A DNA stretch of 64,000 nucleotides from a virus (lineage: Duplodnaviria > Caudoviricetes), in IMG/VR virus record IMGVR_UViG_3300031555_003590, positions 96,001 through 160,000 of that record; one strand, 5' to 3'. The notes beneath the pieces were generated by a model. The model did no database searches and was not told the DNA's origin. It worked only from the letters and a program-made list of their open reading frames with translations. Position numbers and translations under genes: made by a program. Below, in pieces: positions 10,593 to 20,078 of this stretch. Position 1 is the stretch's first letter, and each line of letters begins with the position of its first letter.

Positions 10593-11295
10593 ATTTAGAC
10601 GTAATCTTATAGAGACGAGTATGGTCCCTGATTCTGATGGTAATAGTAAAAATGATAGATATAGAGCATCTAAAATGAAACTAAATGAAGAATATGTAAT
10701 TACATGTTCTATGGATATGAAACAGATTGCTGATCATTTATTTAAAAAATATGAAAAAGAAATTACTCCAGAAGAAATTGAATATTATCGCAGGAATTTG
10801 AAACCAAGTAGACTTCATCAATTAATGGTAGAAATTTATTTCTTCAATTATACTGGATCAGCACAAGAATTTGCATTATTAAGAAATTTAGACTGGCATA
10901 AAATGTTATTGGTAATGCGTAAGGATATTATGCGTAGATTTAATGTAGATAAAGATAGTTTATTAGATTCTGCATTATCATTAATTATCACCAGTAATAT
11001 TGAAGAAACTCCAGTTGGTGAAAAGATGTACGTTAAAGATACTAAGTATCTAAAAGATCATCCAGTATATAATGAATTGGTAGAAAAGTTTTATTCTACT
11101 ATTATAGATATCAATCCTGATATCATTAAGAAGTTTCTAATTACATTTGTTAATAGTAAATACAGATTCGTATTATATGAACATCAGGAATTGTTAGATG
11201 AAGAAATTTCATTAAATAAGAAAGAATTAATTGATGAAATTCTTACATTTCTCTTAATAGCCAATACAAATATTTCATTGGAAGGTAGAGTATAA
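10593..11295 (+). CDS. Sigma-like nvRNAP subunit, exon 2
   Basis: In-frame continuation after splicing; C-terminus KELIDEILTFLLI. Confidence 0.7.
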
Positions 11296-11296
11296 T

Positions 11297-11938
11297 ATGT
11301 ATAATGATGATAAACTAAAAGTTTATTTTGATGCAGAGTTTACTGGACTCCATAAAGATACTACTTTAATTAGCATTGGATTAGTATCTGAGAATGGAAG
11401 ATATTTCTATGCAGAATTTAATGATTATGATAAGTATCAATGTGATGATTGGATAAAAGAAAATGTATTAAATAATTTGATATATGACGACAATTTTCCT
11501 GAAACCAATAATATGAATAATCGTCGTATGCTCGTTTATGGTTCTAAAGAGTATATTGGGCATGCATTAAAAGAATGGCTTAAATTGTTAAGTGAAGATA
11601 ATAATAAACAAATTCAAATGTATTGTGATTGTTATGCATATGATTGGATGTTGTTTAATGATTTAATATGTGAAAATGGTAAAGCATTAAATTTACCTGA
11701 TTATATTTATTATATTCCAATGGATCTGAGTACAGCATTACAATTAAATGGTTATGATCCCGATATCACTCGTGAAGAGTTTATTAGATCACAATTAAAG
11801 TTACTTGAATTCTTATTCCCATTAATAAATGACCATGGACCAGCTAAGCATAATTCTTTATGGGATGCTTATATATGTAAAGAATGTTTTACGAAACTAT
11901 CTTTTCTAAATGATGAAAAAAATCTGGAAAGATTGTAA
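11297..11938 (+). CDS. DEDDh 3'-5' exo(ribo)nuclease (Rv2179c/DUF5051-like)
   Basis: VYFDAEFTGL, ISIGLV..FYAEF, AYDW, HNSLWDA. Confidence 0.8.
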   Translation: MYNDDKLKVYFDAEFTGLHKDTTLISIGLVSENGRYFYAEFNDYDKYQCDDWIKENVLNNLIYDDNFPETNNMNNRRMLVYGSKEYIGHALKEWLKLLSEDNNKQIQMYCDCYAYDWMLFNDLICENGKALNLPDYIYYIPMDLSTALQLNGYDPDITREEFIRSQLKLLEFLFPLINDHGPAKHNSLWDAYICKECFTKLSFLNDEKNLERL

Positions 11939-12079
11939 ATAAACCAACAATGAGGTGTTGGGAATATTCCCAACACCTTATTTATTATATATAAAGGTGG
12001 TAATATTATAATGAGCATTCCATCAATATTAATTCATCATTATGGTATTTTAAACAAAAAGGAGGAAAATGAAACAGTA

Positions 12080-12295
12080 ATGAGTAATAAAATTAGAGGT
12101 AAGAAAATGACTGTTGCACAAATGAAAATTGTTAATAAGTATGATAAGTCAATTGATGTGAATGAATGGTTATTTCTTAAAGAAGAACATGTTGATTCCA
12201 ATGGTAATAAAAATGCATCAAAAAATTCATCTGTAGATAAATATTTAAATATTATTAATAAAAATACTGGTGAGATTAAAAGAATATTAATGTAA
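12080..12295 (+). CDS. Small hypothetical protein
   Basis: AAGGAGG upstream of ATG 12080 within the track ORF 12011-12295. Confidence 0.5.
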   Translation: MSNKIRGKKMTVAQMKIVNKYDKSIDVNEWLFLKEEHVDSNGNKNASKNSSVDKYLNIINKNTGEIKRILM

Positions 12296-12312
12296 TATAA
12301 AGGAGTAGATTT

Positions 12313-12796
12313 ATGCGAATAAAATTTAGTAGATTAAATTTAGAATCAGAATGTATGTATGATTGTATTAATGGAAAGGGATTCATTATTAGTGATGTAC
12401 CATTTTCTGATATAGATAAGTCAGTTAGGAATATGGATGGTCCTCGTAGCCCTAGGTTTGGTACGACTTATGGCGATGTTAATGAGTTCATGGATCGTTA
12501 TCATTGTAAATGTGGACGATATGTAGGAGCAACATTTGAAGGTGAATTATGTCCAGAATGTGGTACTAAAATTGAATATACTGATGTTGATATTATGTAT
12601 ACTGGATGGCTTAACTTTTATCCATATAAAATCATATCACCACTTTTCTTTCATCGATTACAATCAGCATTATCAAAGAAAATATTAGAAAATATTATAT
12701 CAAATGAAAATATAATTACATCATCAGGCATCATTAGAAAACATAATGATGCATTAGAAGTAAAGAAAAGTTTATTACAATATCACAATATAGGGT
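12313..12796 (+). CDS. rpoC: Non-virion RNAP beta' N-terminal subunit, exon 1
   Basis: Zinc-binding RYHCKCG...CPECG. Five exons total 1383 nt = 460 aa. Confidence 0.85.
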
Positions 12797-14205
12797 AAAT
12801 ATTGTTGCTCTTTCTCTCATAATTGCGGGAAACTCTCGTTAAGTCTAAGGTACTGCAGCTACTGGTGACAGATAGTGTAGCAGATAGTATAACAGCTATC
12901 GGATAGTAAAAACCCTTAGAATAGAGAAAATCATACGCAGCTAAGATAATAGTTATATATTATTTATATAAGATATTAGAATCTGGTATATTCTAATATC
13001 AGAAAGGAGGTAATGATATATGGGTAAGAAACATAGATACAAGATATCAGAAAATTATGATTTAGAACAAGCTGTATTGAATATGAATTGGAAATCAGTT
13101 TTAATACATGGAGAAATGACAAGATATGAAGTTAGTGATTGCGGCTTGGTAAAAAGTTTAAAACACAATATTATCCTTGCACCAGGAATGGATACTTATG
13201 GATATCCTCAAGTTGGAATATATTTGAATGATGTTAGATTTAATCGAAAAGTTCATAGACTAGTTGCTGAAGCATTTATTCCCAATCCTGAAAATAAACC
13301 TGAAATAAATCATAAAGATGGTAATAAAATAAATAATGATGTTAAAAATCTTGAATGGTCTACAACTAAAGAAAATATTGACCATGCAATTAGAACAGGT
13401 TTACGTAAACATATTGATGCATTAAGTGGAGCATATCATAAATATGAAATTGATATAATACATGAAATATGTAAATTATTAGAAGAAGGTAAATTACAAC
13501 AAAAGGAAATTGCTGAAATATTAAATGTCCCTAAGGGAATAATTTCTGAAATTAAATGTAAACGTATATGGCTTAGTGTATCTTGTCAATATAATATTGA
13601 TCTTCCTAATACTAGAGGCGAAACTCATCATAATGCAATATATACTGAAGATCAAATTTGCAAAGTGTGTCAAATGTTACAAGATCGAAAATATAGTTAT
13701 AAAGAAATAATGAAAATTACAGGAGTTTCTAAATCTTTAATTGCTAATATAAAGAATAAGCATAGTTGGAAATGTATTTCAGATTTATATGATATTCCTC
13801 CTTCTAATTATATTGGTGAAAATCATTATAAATCAAAATATATGGAAGATCAAATTCATTATGTATGTAAATTATTAGAAGAAGGAAAATATACTCATTC
13901 TAAGATTTCTGAAATTACTGGAGTGAGTAAAAAGGTTATTTCAAATATAAAATATAAACATTCTTGGACTCATATATCTAAATTGTATAATATATGATAT
14001 ACCAGATCATTTATTATAACATAACTATTATCAAGTTCAACGACTATCGAAAACAGTAATGTGAGTAGAGTAGTACATCAGCTAAAGATGTAAACGAAAC
14101 GAGAGACACTACTAATTAGTAGTGAAGATATAGTCTAGTATCCTATAGAAATATAGGGAAGTTCATAAGAGAACTGCACTAGCTTGCGACTAGTGTGAAT
14201 ATACG
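12797..14205 (+). mobile_element. Group I intron 1 of beta'N, carrying an HNH endonuclease
   Basis: P/Q/R/S motifs; P1 AGGGU/GCUCU; terminal G 14205; junction HNIG-L-QQFYENF. Confidence 0.9.
13020..13997 (+). CDS. Intron-encoded HNH homing endonuclease with repeated HTH-like C-terminal domains
   Basis: YEVSDCGLVKS, KVHRLVAEAFIPNPENKPEINHKDGNKINNDVKNLEW; three HTH-like repeats. Confidence 0.9.
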   Translation: MGKKHRYKISENYDLEQAVLNMNWKSVLIHGEMTRYEVSDCGLVKSLKHNIILAPGMDTYGYPQVGIYLNDVRFNRKVHRLVAEAFIPNPENKPEINHKDGNKINNDVKNLEWSTTKENIDHAIRTGLRKHIDALSGAYHKYEIDIIHEICKLLEEGKLQQKEIAEILNVPKGIISEIKCKRIWLSVSCQYNIDLPNTRGETHHNAIYTEDQICKVCQMLQDRKYSYKEIMKITGVSKSLIANIKNKHSWKCISDLYDIPPSNYIGENHYKSKYMEDQIHYVCKLLEEGKYTHSKISEITGVSKKVISNIKYKHSWTHISKLYNI

Positions 14206-14571
14206 TACAACAGTTTTATGAAAATTTTGAAGAAATAATGTTGTATTATAAAAGTAAACGTAAACAAAAAGCTGATTTAATTGATTCATTAATTAGAGAT
14301 AAAGATTTAGTTTGGACATCTAAAATTCCAGTATATTCAACTGTATTACGTCCTCAAGGTGTAACTGCTGAATCATATTATTTTACTACAGCAGATAAGC
14401 ATATTAATCCTTTAACAAATATATGTATTAATTTAAAGAAAGCTTCTCCAATTGAAGTACCATTATATTTATATCAAGCTCAAATGAGAGTAAATGAATT
14501 ATGGGGTATTAATTTTGTATTAATTGACGGAAAACATGGATGGTGTAGGGGAAATGTGCTTGGAGGCGAGT
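14206..14571 (+). CDS. rpoC: nvRNAP beta'N, exon 2
   Basis: IPVYSTVLRP; GKHGWCRGNVLGG (cf. GKQGRFRQNLLGK). Confidence 0.85.
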
Positions 14572-14989
14572 TGATAATATAAAATGGCTCGCTATAAACT
14601 AGGTTAATTGCGGGAACATCTTGTTATGTCAATACTACCAAGTTATACTAGTGATAGTATAATGGTCTAGAGTAATTAACTAGAGTATGGTAACAATGTA
14701 TTGAATAGAGAAAATCCGCAGCTAATCAACTAGTGTTAACTAGTTGCAGGTTCAACGACTATCTCATAGGACTAGTAATACTAGTCAACAGGAGTAGGGC
14801 CCAATTGCATATGGGGTGAGTGAAAATCTCTTAAATCGAAATGCCTAGCTCTGTTCATTTAATAATGAGCTAAAGATATAGTCTCGGCATCCTATAAGAA
14901 TAGGAGAAGTTCATATTCAATTCATATGAATATAAATGAATTGATTGTAGAGAACTGCATAGTAGTTGCGATACTATGTGAAGATTACG
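14572..14989 (+). ncRNA. Group I intron 2 of beta'N (ORF-less, 418 nt)
   Basis: P/Q/R/S motifs; P1 GCGAGU/GCUCGC; terminal G 14989; junction GGE-F-NYSGRSVI. Confidence 0.9.
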
Positions 14990-15342
14990 TTAACTACAGT
15001 GGCAGGAGCGTTATAGTTCTTGATCCAACATTAAAAGTAGATGAGGTAGATATACCATATAAAGCATTTATTGAACAATTCAAAGGTAGAATTGTTAGAC
15101 GCATTATAATGGATAAAGGTTGGAGTATTACTAAAGCATATAATTTCCTAGCTAGTAAATTTATGTATGATGATTATGTATATTCAATTATGTGTGATAT
15201 AGTAAAAGATGAAAAACCTTCACTTATAATCAATCGTAATCCAACTATAACATTTGGATCCATACTATTAATGAAAATACGTAAAGTAAAGCCTGATGCA
15301 GATGATATGTCGATGTCAATACCATCTGCAATACTTCCGGGT
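14990..15342 (+). CDS. rpoC: nvRNAP beta'N, exon 3
   Basis: NYSGRSVIVLDPTL and IINRNPTI (cf. LLNRAPTL). Confidence 0.9.
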
Positions 15343-16521
15343 TAACAACAGTGGCCCATCCTCTCATAATTGCGGGAACATATTGTGCTTAACAATAATC
15401 TGTATATTTATAATTATATATTATTTATATATGGATGCCTAAAGCTTCTAATACTAACTTATCATGGTAACATAGATAAGGGCTGAACTAATTATTCAGG
15501 TATAGTAAAAAGTTAGAAGATATATGGTTGATCCGCAGGCAAGGTTCGTTTAATGAAAATTAGTATATAAAATGATAAAGGAGGTGAAAATAAAATGGTT
15601 GAAGGAATGTATATTGGAGATACATTTTATTTCATCGAATGGAGAAAGATCTATATTGATGGAATTCCTACACACTATGAAGTTAGTGAAAATGGTATGG
15701 TTAGAAATACTGATGATGGATATATTCTATCTCATGATATTGATAAAGATGGATATCATAAAGTGACTATTGGTGTTAGTGGAAAATCTAAACATTTCGG
15801 TGTACATAGGTTAGTTGCATTAATGTTTATTCCTAATCCTGATCATAAACCTATTCCACATCATAAAGATAATAACCCAGACAATAATGATGTATCTAAT
15901 TTAGAATGGGCTACTTATGCAGAAAATCGTAGATATGCAGTAGAAGCTAGTAATGTTATAGGTAAACGTGGAGAAAATAGTCATTTAAATAAATATAAAG
16001 AAAAAGATATTCGTCTGATTTGCGAATTATTTGAAAAAGGTTTATCAAATATTGAAATATCTAAGATAGTTAATATGCCTAGAAAGTATATTACTGATAT
16101 ACGAAAGGGTAGAAGGTGGAAGTATATATCGAAAGAATATAAATTTGATCCAAAATCCTCTCATAGAGAATCAGGATATTATGAAGAGTTAGAAAATGCT
16201 ATTCTTTATCAACTTTCTATGAATAAATCAGTATTAGAAATAACCAAAGAATTGAATTTACCTAATACTAAAATATATAAATCTCTAATTAAACGAATTA
16301 AACGAACCAGCCTCAACGACTATCTCCTAGTGGAGAGTAGCGCCTAAGCTAATGAGGTAGGTATATCCTTTAAAGCGAAACGAGAGGCACTAGTAATACT
16401 ACTAGTGAAGATATAGTCTAGTATCCTACTGAAAAGTAGGGAAGTTCAATTTCAATTCATATAAATATAATGAATTGATTATAGAGAACTGCACTAGCTT
16501 GCGACTAGTGTGAATATAACG
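15343..16521 (+). mobile_element. Group I intron 3 of beta'N, carrying an HNH endonuclease
   Basis: P AATTGCGGGAA, Q GATCCGCAGG, R CTCAACGACTA, S AAGATATAGTCT; P1 GGGU/GCCC; terminal G 16521. Confidence 0.9.
15595..16347 (+). CDS. Intron-encoded HNH homing endonuclease
   Basis: YEVSENGMVRN, GVHRLVALMFIPNPDHKPIPHHKDNNPDNNDVSNLEW; AAGGAGGTG RBS; 3' end overlaps the intron R element. Confidence 0.9.
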   Translation: MVEGMYIGDTFYFIEWRKIYIDGIPTHYEVSENGMVRNTDDGYILSHDIDKDGYHKVTIGVSGKSKHFGVHRLVALMFIPNPDHKPIPHHKDNNPDNNDVSNLEWATYAENRRYAVEASNVIGKRGENSHLNKYKEKDIRLICELFEKGLSNIEISKIVNMPRKYITDIRKGRRWKYISKEYKFDPKSSHRESGYYEELENAILYQLSMNKSVLEITKELNLPNTKIYKSLIKRIKRTSLNDYLLVESSA

Positions 16522-16536
16522 CTAAATGCAGACTTT
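16522..16536 (+). CDS. rpoC: nvRNAP beta'N, exon 4 (15-nt micro-exon, LNADF)
   Basis: CTA AAT GCA GAC TTT between terminal G of intron 3 and P1 of intron 4. Confidence 0.85.
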
Positions 16537-17306
16537 TGAGGTTAAATCCCAACCATTGGAGTCTTTAAATTTCCTTAATTGCGGGAAACCTGTAATATCT
16601 GTTAATACCAAATCATAGTAGTAATATTATGATGGCAAGAGGTAATATCTCAAGGTATGGTAACAAGTTAACAGAGTTGGGTAACCGACGCAGCGAAATA
16701 TCCTTTAAATCTCAATTATATATTTTAAAATAGAAAGGAGTTGAAATATTATGGCATATGTCAAAAGAGAAAGAAGTCAAAAGGCTATTGAAAGAAGTGC
16801 AAAAAAGGTAGCTAGAAAAAAGCGTTTACAACGCAAACAAGAAGCATTTATAGCATTAGATGCTTCTGGTAATAGACCTACTTTAGCATCAAAACCAAAA
16901 CAGAGAATTACAAAAGAAATGTATCTTAGAGAGCTTGAGAAGATACCACATGCAACTGAGTATACTTTATTAAGTGATTTTAAATTATATACACCAAAAT
17001 GTCTTGTTCAGTATAAGCATAATGTTTGTGGTACTAAATTTCAAGCAACTCCTAAAGATTTCGAGTTGAAAAAATCATTATGTCCTACATGTTATGGCAA
17101 TAGAGATTTAAAGGATACGAGTTCAACGACCAACGAACAACCCTAATACATTAATATCGAATTAGGATTAGTAGTGTAGAGCTATATATAATAAATATAT
17201 AGTGGAAGATGGGATTCCTTAAATCGAAACAGGAAGCTATAGAATATTATTCTGTAGAAGATATGGTCTACTATTTAGATATTAAATATTTAATATCTAA
17301 AAGCAG
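16537..17306 (+). mobile_element. Group I intron 4 of beta'N with a zinc-ribbon ORF
   Basis: P AATTGCGGGAA, Q ACCGACGCAGC, R GTTCAACGACCA and S AAGATATGGTCT (compensatory change in P7); P1 AGACUUU/GGAGUCU; terminal G 17306. Confidence 0.85.
16751..17146 (+). CDS. Intron-encoded basic zinc-ribbon protein with no recognisable nuclease domain
   Basis: GAAAGGAG RBS; YKHNVCG...CPTCY. Confidence 0.65.
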   Translation: MAYVKRERSQKAIERSAKKVARKKRLQRKQEAFIALDASGNRPTLASKPKQRITKEMYLRELEKIPHATEYTLLSDFKLYTPKCLVQYKHNVCGTKFQATPKDFELKKSLCPTCYGNRDLKDTSSTTNEQP

Positions 17307-17471
17307 GATGGAGATGTATTAAATACATTATCGATGCCACTTGATGAAATATCTGAGTGGTTTGCTGGCTTTAGTCCTGTCAATATGATGATCAACCGCG
17401 TTGATGAGACGATTAGGTACGATTGCTCGGCACTAGAGAATATCACCTTGGCCATTCTAAGCGACAAATAA
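17307..17471 (+). CDS. rpoC: nvRNAP beta'N, exon 5 (starts DGDVLN)
   Basis: GAT GGA GAT completes NADFDGD; FSPVNMMINR; TAA at 17469-17471 followed by a terminator. Confidence 0.85.
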   Translation, partial: DGDVLNTLSMPLDEISEWFAGFSPVNMMINRVDETIRYDCSALENITLAILSDK

Positions 17472-17475
17472 TCAA

Positions 17476-17508
17476 AAGAGGAGGGTTGATACCCTCCTCT
17501 TATTTTTT
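17476..17508 (+). terminator. Intrinsic terminator after beta'N exon 5
   Basis: AAGAGGAGGGT...ACCCTCCTCTT plus T run. Confidence 0.8.
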
Positions 17509-17587
17509 ATTTATATATTATTTTTGTATAATACATATACAAGTTATTGATCCTAAAAGAATAATAATTAATAGGAGTGATTATTTT

Positions 17588-17684
17588 ATGCCGTACAAAA
17601 AAAGTTTATTACACAATTCATTGTCCAAAATGTGATCGAGATTATCAAGTATTACCCCAAGCATATTTTAGAATTAAAAAATAA
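17588..17684 (+). pseudogene. Frameshifted, truncated zinc-ribbon gene remnant
   Basis: Removing one A from the A7 run (17597-17603) gives MPYKKVYYTIHCPKCDRDYQVLPQAYFRIKK*; RBS and promoter motif upstream. Confidence 0.4.
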
Positions 17685-17756
17685 TTATATATTATAATAA
17701 TAGAATAACTAATAATACAATTAGTTATAATATTAAAAAGTGGAGGTATATTAATT

Positions 17757-18098
17757 ATGTCTGAAAAGAAAGCTATTTCTATGGATTATATGGTATCCAA
17801 AGATACTACAGAGGCGCCTAATGATTGTGAATTGAAAGAATGTATTATGTGTAAAAATAAATTTGCAATTCCTATTAATGAATTAAAAGATACAGATAAC
17901 ATATGTGTGAATTGCGAACCTGTTACTTATATTATGTATACTGATCATCTTATTGATGAGATTAATAAATCTGATAATCTAAATGAAGATGATAAAGAAT
18001 ATGTAGCATCAGCACTTCGTAATGATACTAATGAAATATTAAAATCTTTATATGATGAAGATGCTGTTAGTATTTTAGATCGGGTATTAGGTAAATAA
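17757..18098 (+). CDS. Small zinc-finger hypothetical protein
   Basis: CIMC...CVNC; GGAGGT RBS. Confidence 0.6.
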   Translation: MSEKKAISMDYMVSKDTTEAPNDCELKECIMCKNKFAIPINELKDTDNICVNCEPVTYIMYTDHLIDEINKSDNLNEDDKEYVASALRNDTNEILKSLYDEDAVSILDRVLGK

Positions 18099-18138
18099 TA
18101 ATTAAGAATAGGGAGGTATAATACCTCCTTATTTTTTA

Positions 18139-18170
18139 TCGCATATTCTTTAAGAATATTTATATATTAT
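18139..18170 (+). promoter_or_regulatory. Putative early promoter TATATATTAT with extended upstream element (representative copy)
   Basis: Motif also at 1219, 4582 (GATATATTAT), 17512, 17686, 19121, 22842, 38717, 39547, 43081, 48868, 60352, 62445 on +; resembles the phiKZ early consensus TATATTAC. Confidence 0.65.
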
Positions 18171-18219
18171 AAAAATAGAAAGAAACAAGAATTTGATTGT
18201 AAAATGGAGGAATATCAAG

Positions 18220-18501
18220 ATGTTTAAACTCAGTTATGAAATTTCCAAGGTTACCTTTCATCCTTATCGGACCGCCAGGGTTTATGAACGATTCATCAAC
18301 ATTGATCGTTGCTCTGATGAGGGTAGAAAATTTGAGGAGATGCTGGCTAAGAAAGCTGGTGTTACACCCGATAATCACACTGCGTATACCCTTGAGTTAA
18401 TCCAGTTTAGCAAAGAAGATCCTACTCCTCATAAATTGTACATTCAGTGTTCAGATTTCGAAATAAGCATTGGAACTCGTTTGATGCTTGGAAATTTTTG
18501 A
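18220..18501 (+). CDS. Hypothetical early protein
   Basis: GGAGG RBS before ATG 18220; promoter motif at 18161. Confidence 0.55.
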   Translation: MFKLSYEISKVTFHPYRTARVYERFINIDRCSDEGRKFEEMLAKKAGVTPDNHTAYTLELIQFSKEDPTPHKLYIQCSDFEISIGTRLMLGNF

Positions 18502-18530
18502 GGCTGCTAAGCCAGAAAGGAAGGTTCAAA

Positions 18531-19058
18531 ATGAAAACCAACAAGATCTACATCACTAGTGCCGGAGGAAATTTTGGTTGCACTGAGCCCATTTATCAGG
18601 CAATGCCAGATTTCATTCTCCATGTAAACGACAAGTCGTGGATGTTTAATACCGACAAAGATGGTAACCTCACGATGCTTTGTATCAATGGTAAGGATGC
18701 TGACTTTGGAGTGATTAAAGGATATAAGGCCATTACCCTTAAAGCTGTATCTTCTGATTATGACGATTATGAAAAAAGTCGTCATAATTATGAAGAAAGT
18801 ATCAAAGAGTGCAAAGGTCGTTGTTCTTGTCTTGCTGGTACGCTTTCCATTGAGGGTCTCAATACTGGAACCATAATTGGTATTATACCCATAACTGAGA
18901 GAGATCTTGAAAGGAGGGAAATGGATAATGATGATTGGGATTGTCCTTTTGCTGTAACTGGATCCCTTTTGTATGATCCCTTCTGTCTGTGTACTGGTGG
19001 AAAATTCACGATGGAAAACTTCTCTACGAAGCTTGATTCATGTCCTTTCCACCAGTGA
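18531..19058 (+). CDS. Cys-rich hypothetical early protein
   Basis: GAAAGGAAGG before ATG 18531; terminator follows. Confidence 0.55.
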   Translation: MKTNKIYITSAGGNFGCTEPIYQAMPDFILHVNDKSWMFNTDKDGNLTMLCINGKDADFGVIKGYKAITLKAVSSDYDDYEKSRHNYEESIKECKGRCSCLAGTLSIEGLNTGTIIGIIPITERDLERREMDNDDWDCPFAVTGSLLYDPFCLCTGGKFTMENFSTKLDSCPFHQ

Positions 19059-19156
19059 GTTAGGGAAGGTGGTACTTAATGGTACCACTTTTCTTTTTTC
19101 GTATATTTTTAATAATTAATTATATATTATTATTTTAAATAAGGGGGATTGATATT

Positions 19157-19357
19157 ATGAAATTTAAATTAATTTCAAATTGGAATAAGAAAAAGCTTCG
19201 TTGTCATTACTGTGGAGAAACTAAAAGTGTTAAATACACACGAGAAATTTATGATCCAACTATAGATGCCAATAATACTGTAACAGTTAATGTCTGTAAT
19301 AAATGTGCATTTGTGTTTGGAATTATCAACAAAGAAGGAGAAATCATCAATGAATAA
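19157..19357 (+). CDS. Small zinc-finger protein
   Basis: CHYC...CNKC; promoter motif at 19121. Confidence 0.55.
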   Translation: MKFKLISNWNKKKLRCHYCGETKSVKYTREIYDPTIDANNTVTVNVCNKCAFVFGIINKEGEIINE

Positions 19358-20063
19358 TGAAATTCCTTTTGACTGGTATAATCGATTGATTAGTACTGGT
19401 GAGTTACCTACAAGAAAAGAAGTAATAGATACTGTATCTGAAAATGGTAGTTGGTGGTCTTCTAATAATGTTGATGATTGGTGGAATAATAGTTTGGCTA
19501 AAACTATGTGCCGTACTAATTATGTTCATCAATATAGTTTCCCATTAATTACTCAGGAAGTAGCAAATGATATGGCCAACTTTCTTCTCGGAAAAAGAGT
19601 TTTGGAAGTATGTGCTGGCAATGGGTACATTGCTAAATGTATCACAGATATAAATTCTGATATGAAATCCAATGTGAAATTTATCTGTACTGATAATTAT
19701 AGTTGGGAAGGTAACGAGGCTGATACTGATACCAGCTTTGGCAATTGGAGTAATCATTTCTATCCAGTTGAAAAATTAGATTCAGTTGAAGCAATTAATA
19801 AGTACCATAATGAGATCGATTTTGTAATGGTATCATGGCCTCCATATAGCGAACCTGTTGCATACGAAATTCTAAAGAAATGCATTGAGTATAAACTTCC
19901 TTTGATTTACATTGGTGAAGATTGGGGTGGATGCACAGGTGATGATAGGTTCTTTGAATTGATTTCTGATAAATGCATTATGGAATCCAGTATCATTACG
20001 AATAACTATATTCCCTTCGAAGGAATTCATGATAGAATTTATGTAATTAAAATAAAAGAATAA
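19350..20063 (+). CDS. Class I SAM-dependent methyltransferase-like protein
   Basis: VLEVCAGNGY (motif I), VSWPPY, YIGEDWGGCTG; AAGGAG RBS before ATG 19350. Confidence 0.7.
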   Translation: MNNEIPFDWYNRLISTGELPTRKEVIDTVSENGSWWSSNNVDDWWNNSLAKTMCRTNYVHQYSFPLITQEVANDMANFLLGKRVLEVCAGNGYIAKCITDINSDMKSNVKFICTDNYSWEGNEADTDTSFGNWSNHFYPVEKLDSVEAINKYHNEIDFVMVSWPPYSEPVAYEILKKCIEYKLPLIYIGEDWGGCTGDDRFFELISDKCIMESSIITNNYIPFEGIHDRIYVIKIKE

Positions 20064-20078
20064 AAAGAAAGGATTGAT

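Noticed and set aside
9238-11295. Uracil-containing genome as in AR9/PBS1
   Set aside because: Cannot be read from sequence; no diagnostic gene was recognised in this window.
4617-12313. Chimallin (phage nucleus shell) gene between polB and beta'N, as in phiKZ
   Set aside because: The ~570-aa spliced protein matches the sigma-like subunit better; no ORF here could be recognised as chimallin.
14926-14989. Track starts at 14926, 14238 and 10585 as independent genes
   Set aside because: They lie in intron tails or mid-exon, lack RBSs, and splicing restores conserved motifs.
10243-16539. Stop-codon recoding to explain the fragmented RNAP genes
   Set aside because: The stops lie at or just inside intron 5' ends; other genes are long in the standard code and use TAG/TGA as normal stops.
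17423-17635. 70-aa ORF
   Set aside because: Overlaps exon 5 out of frame and crosses a terminator.
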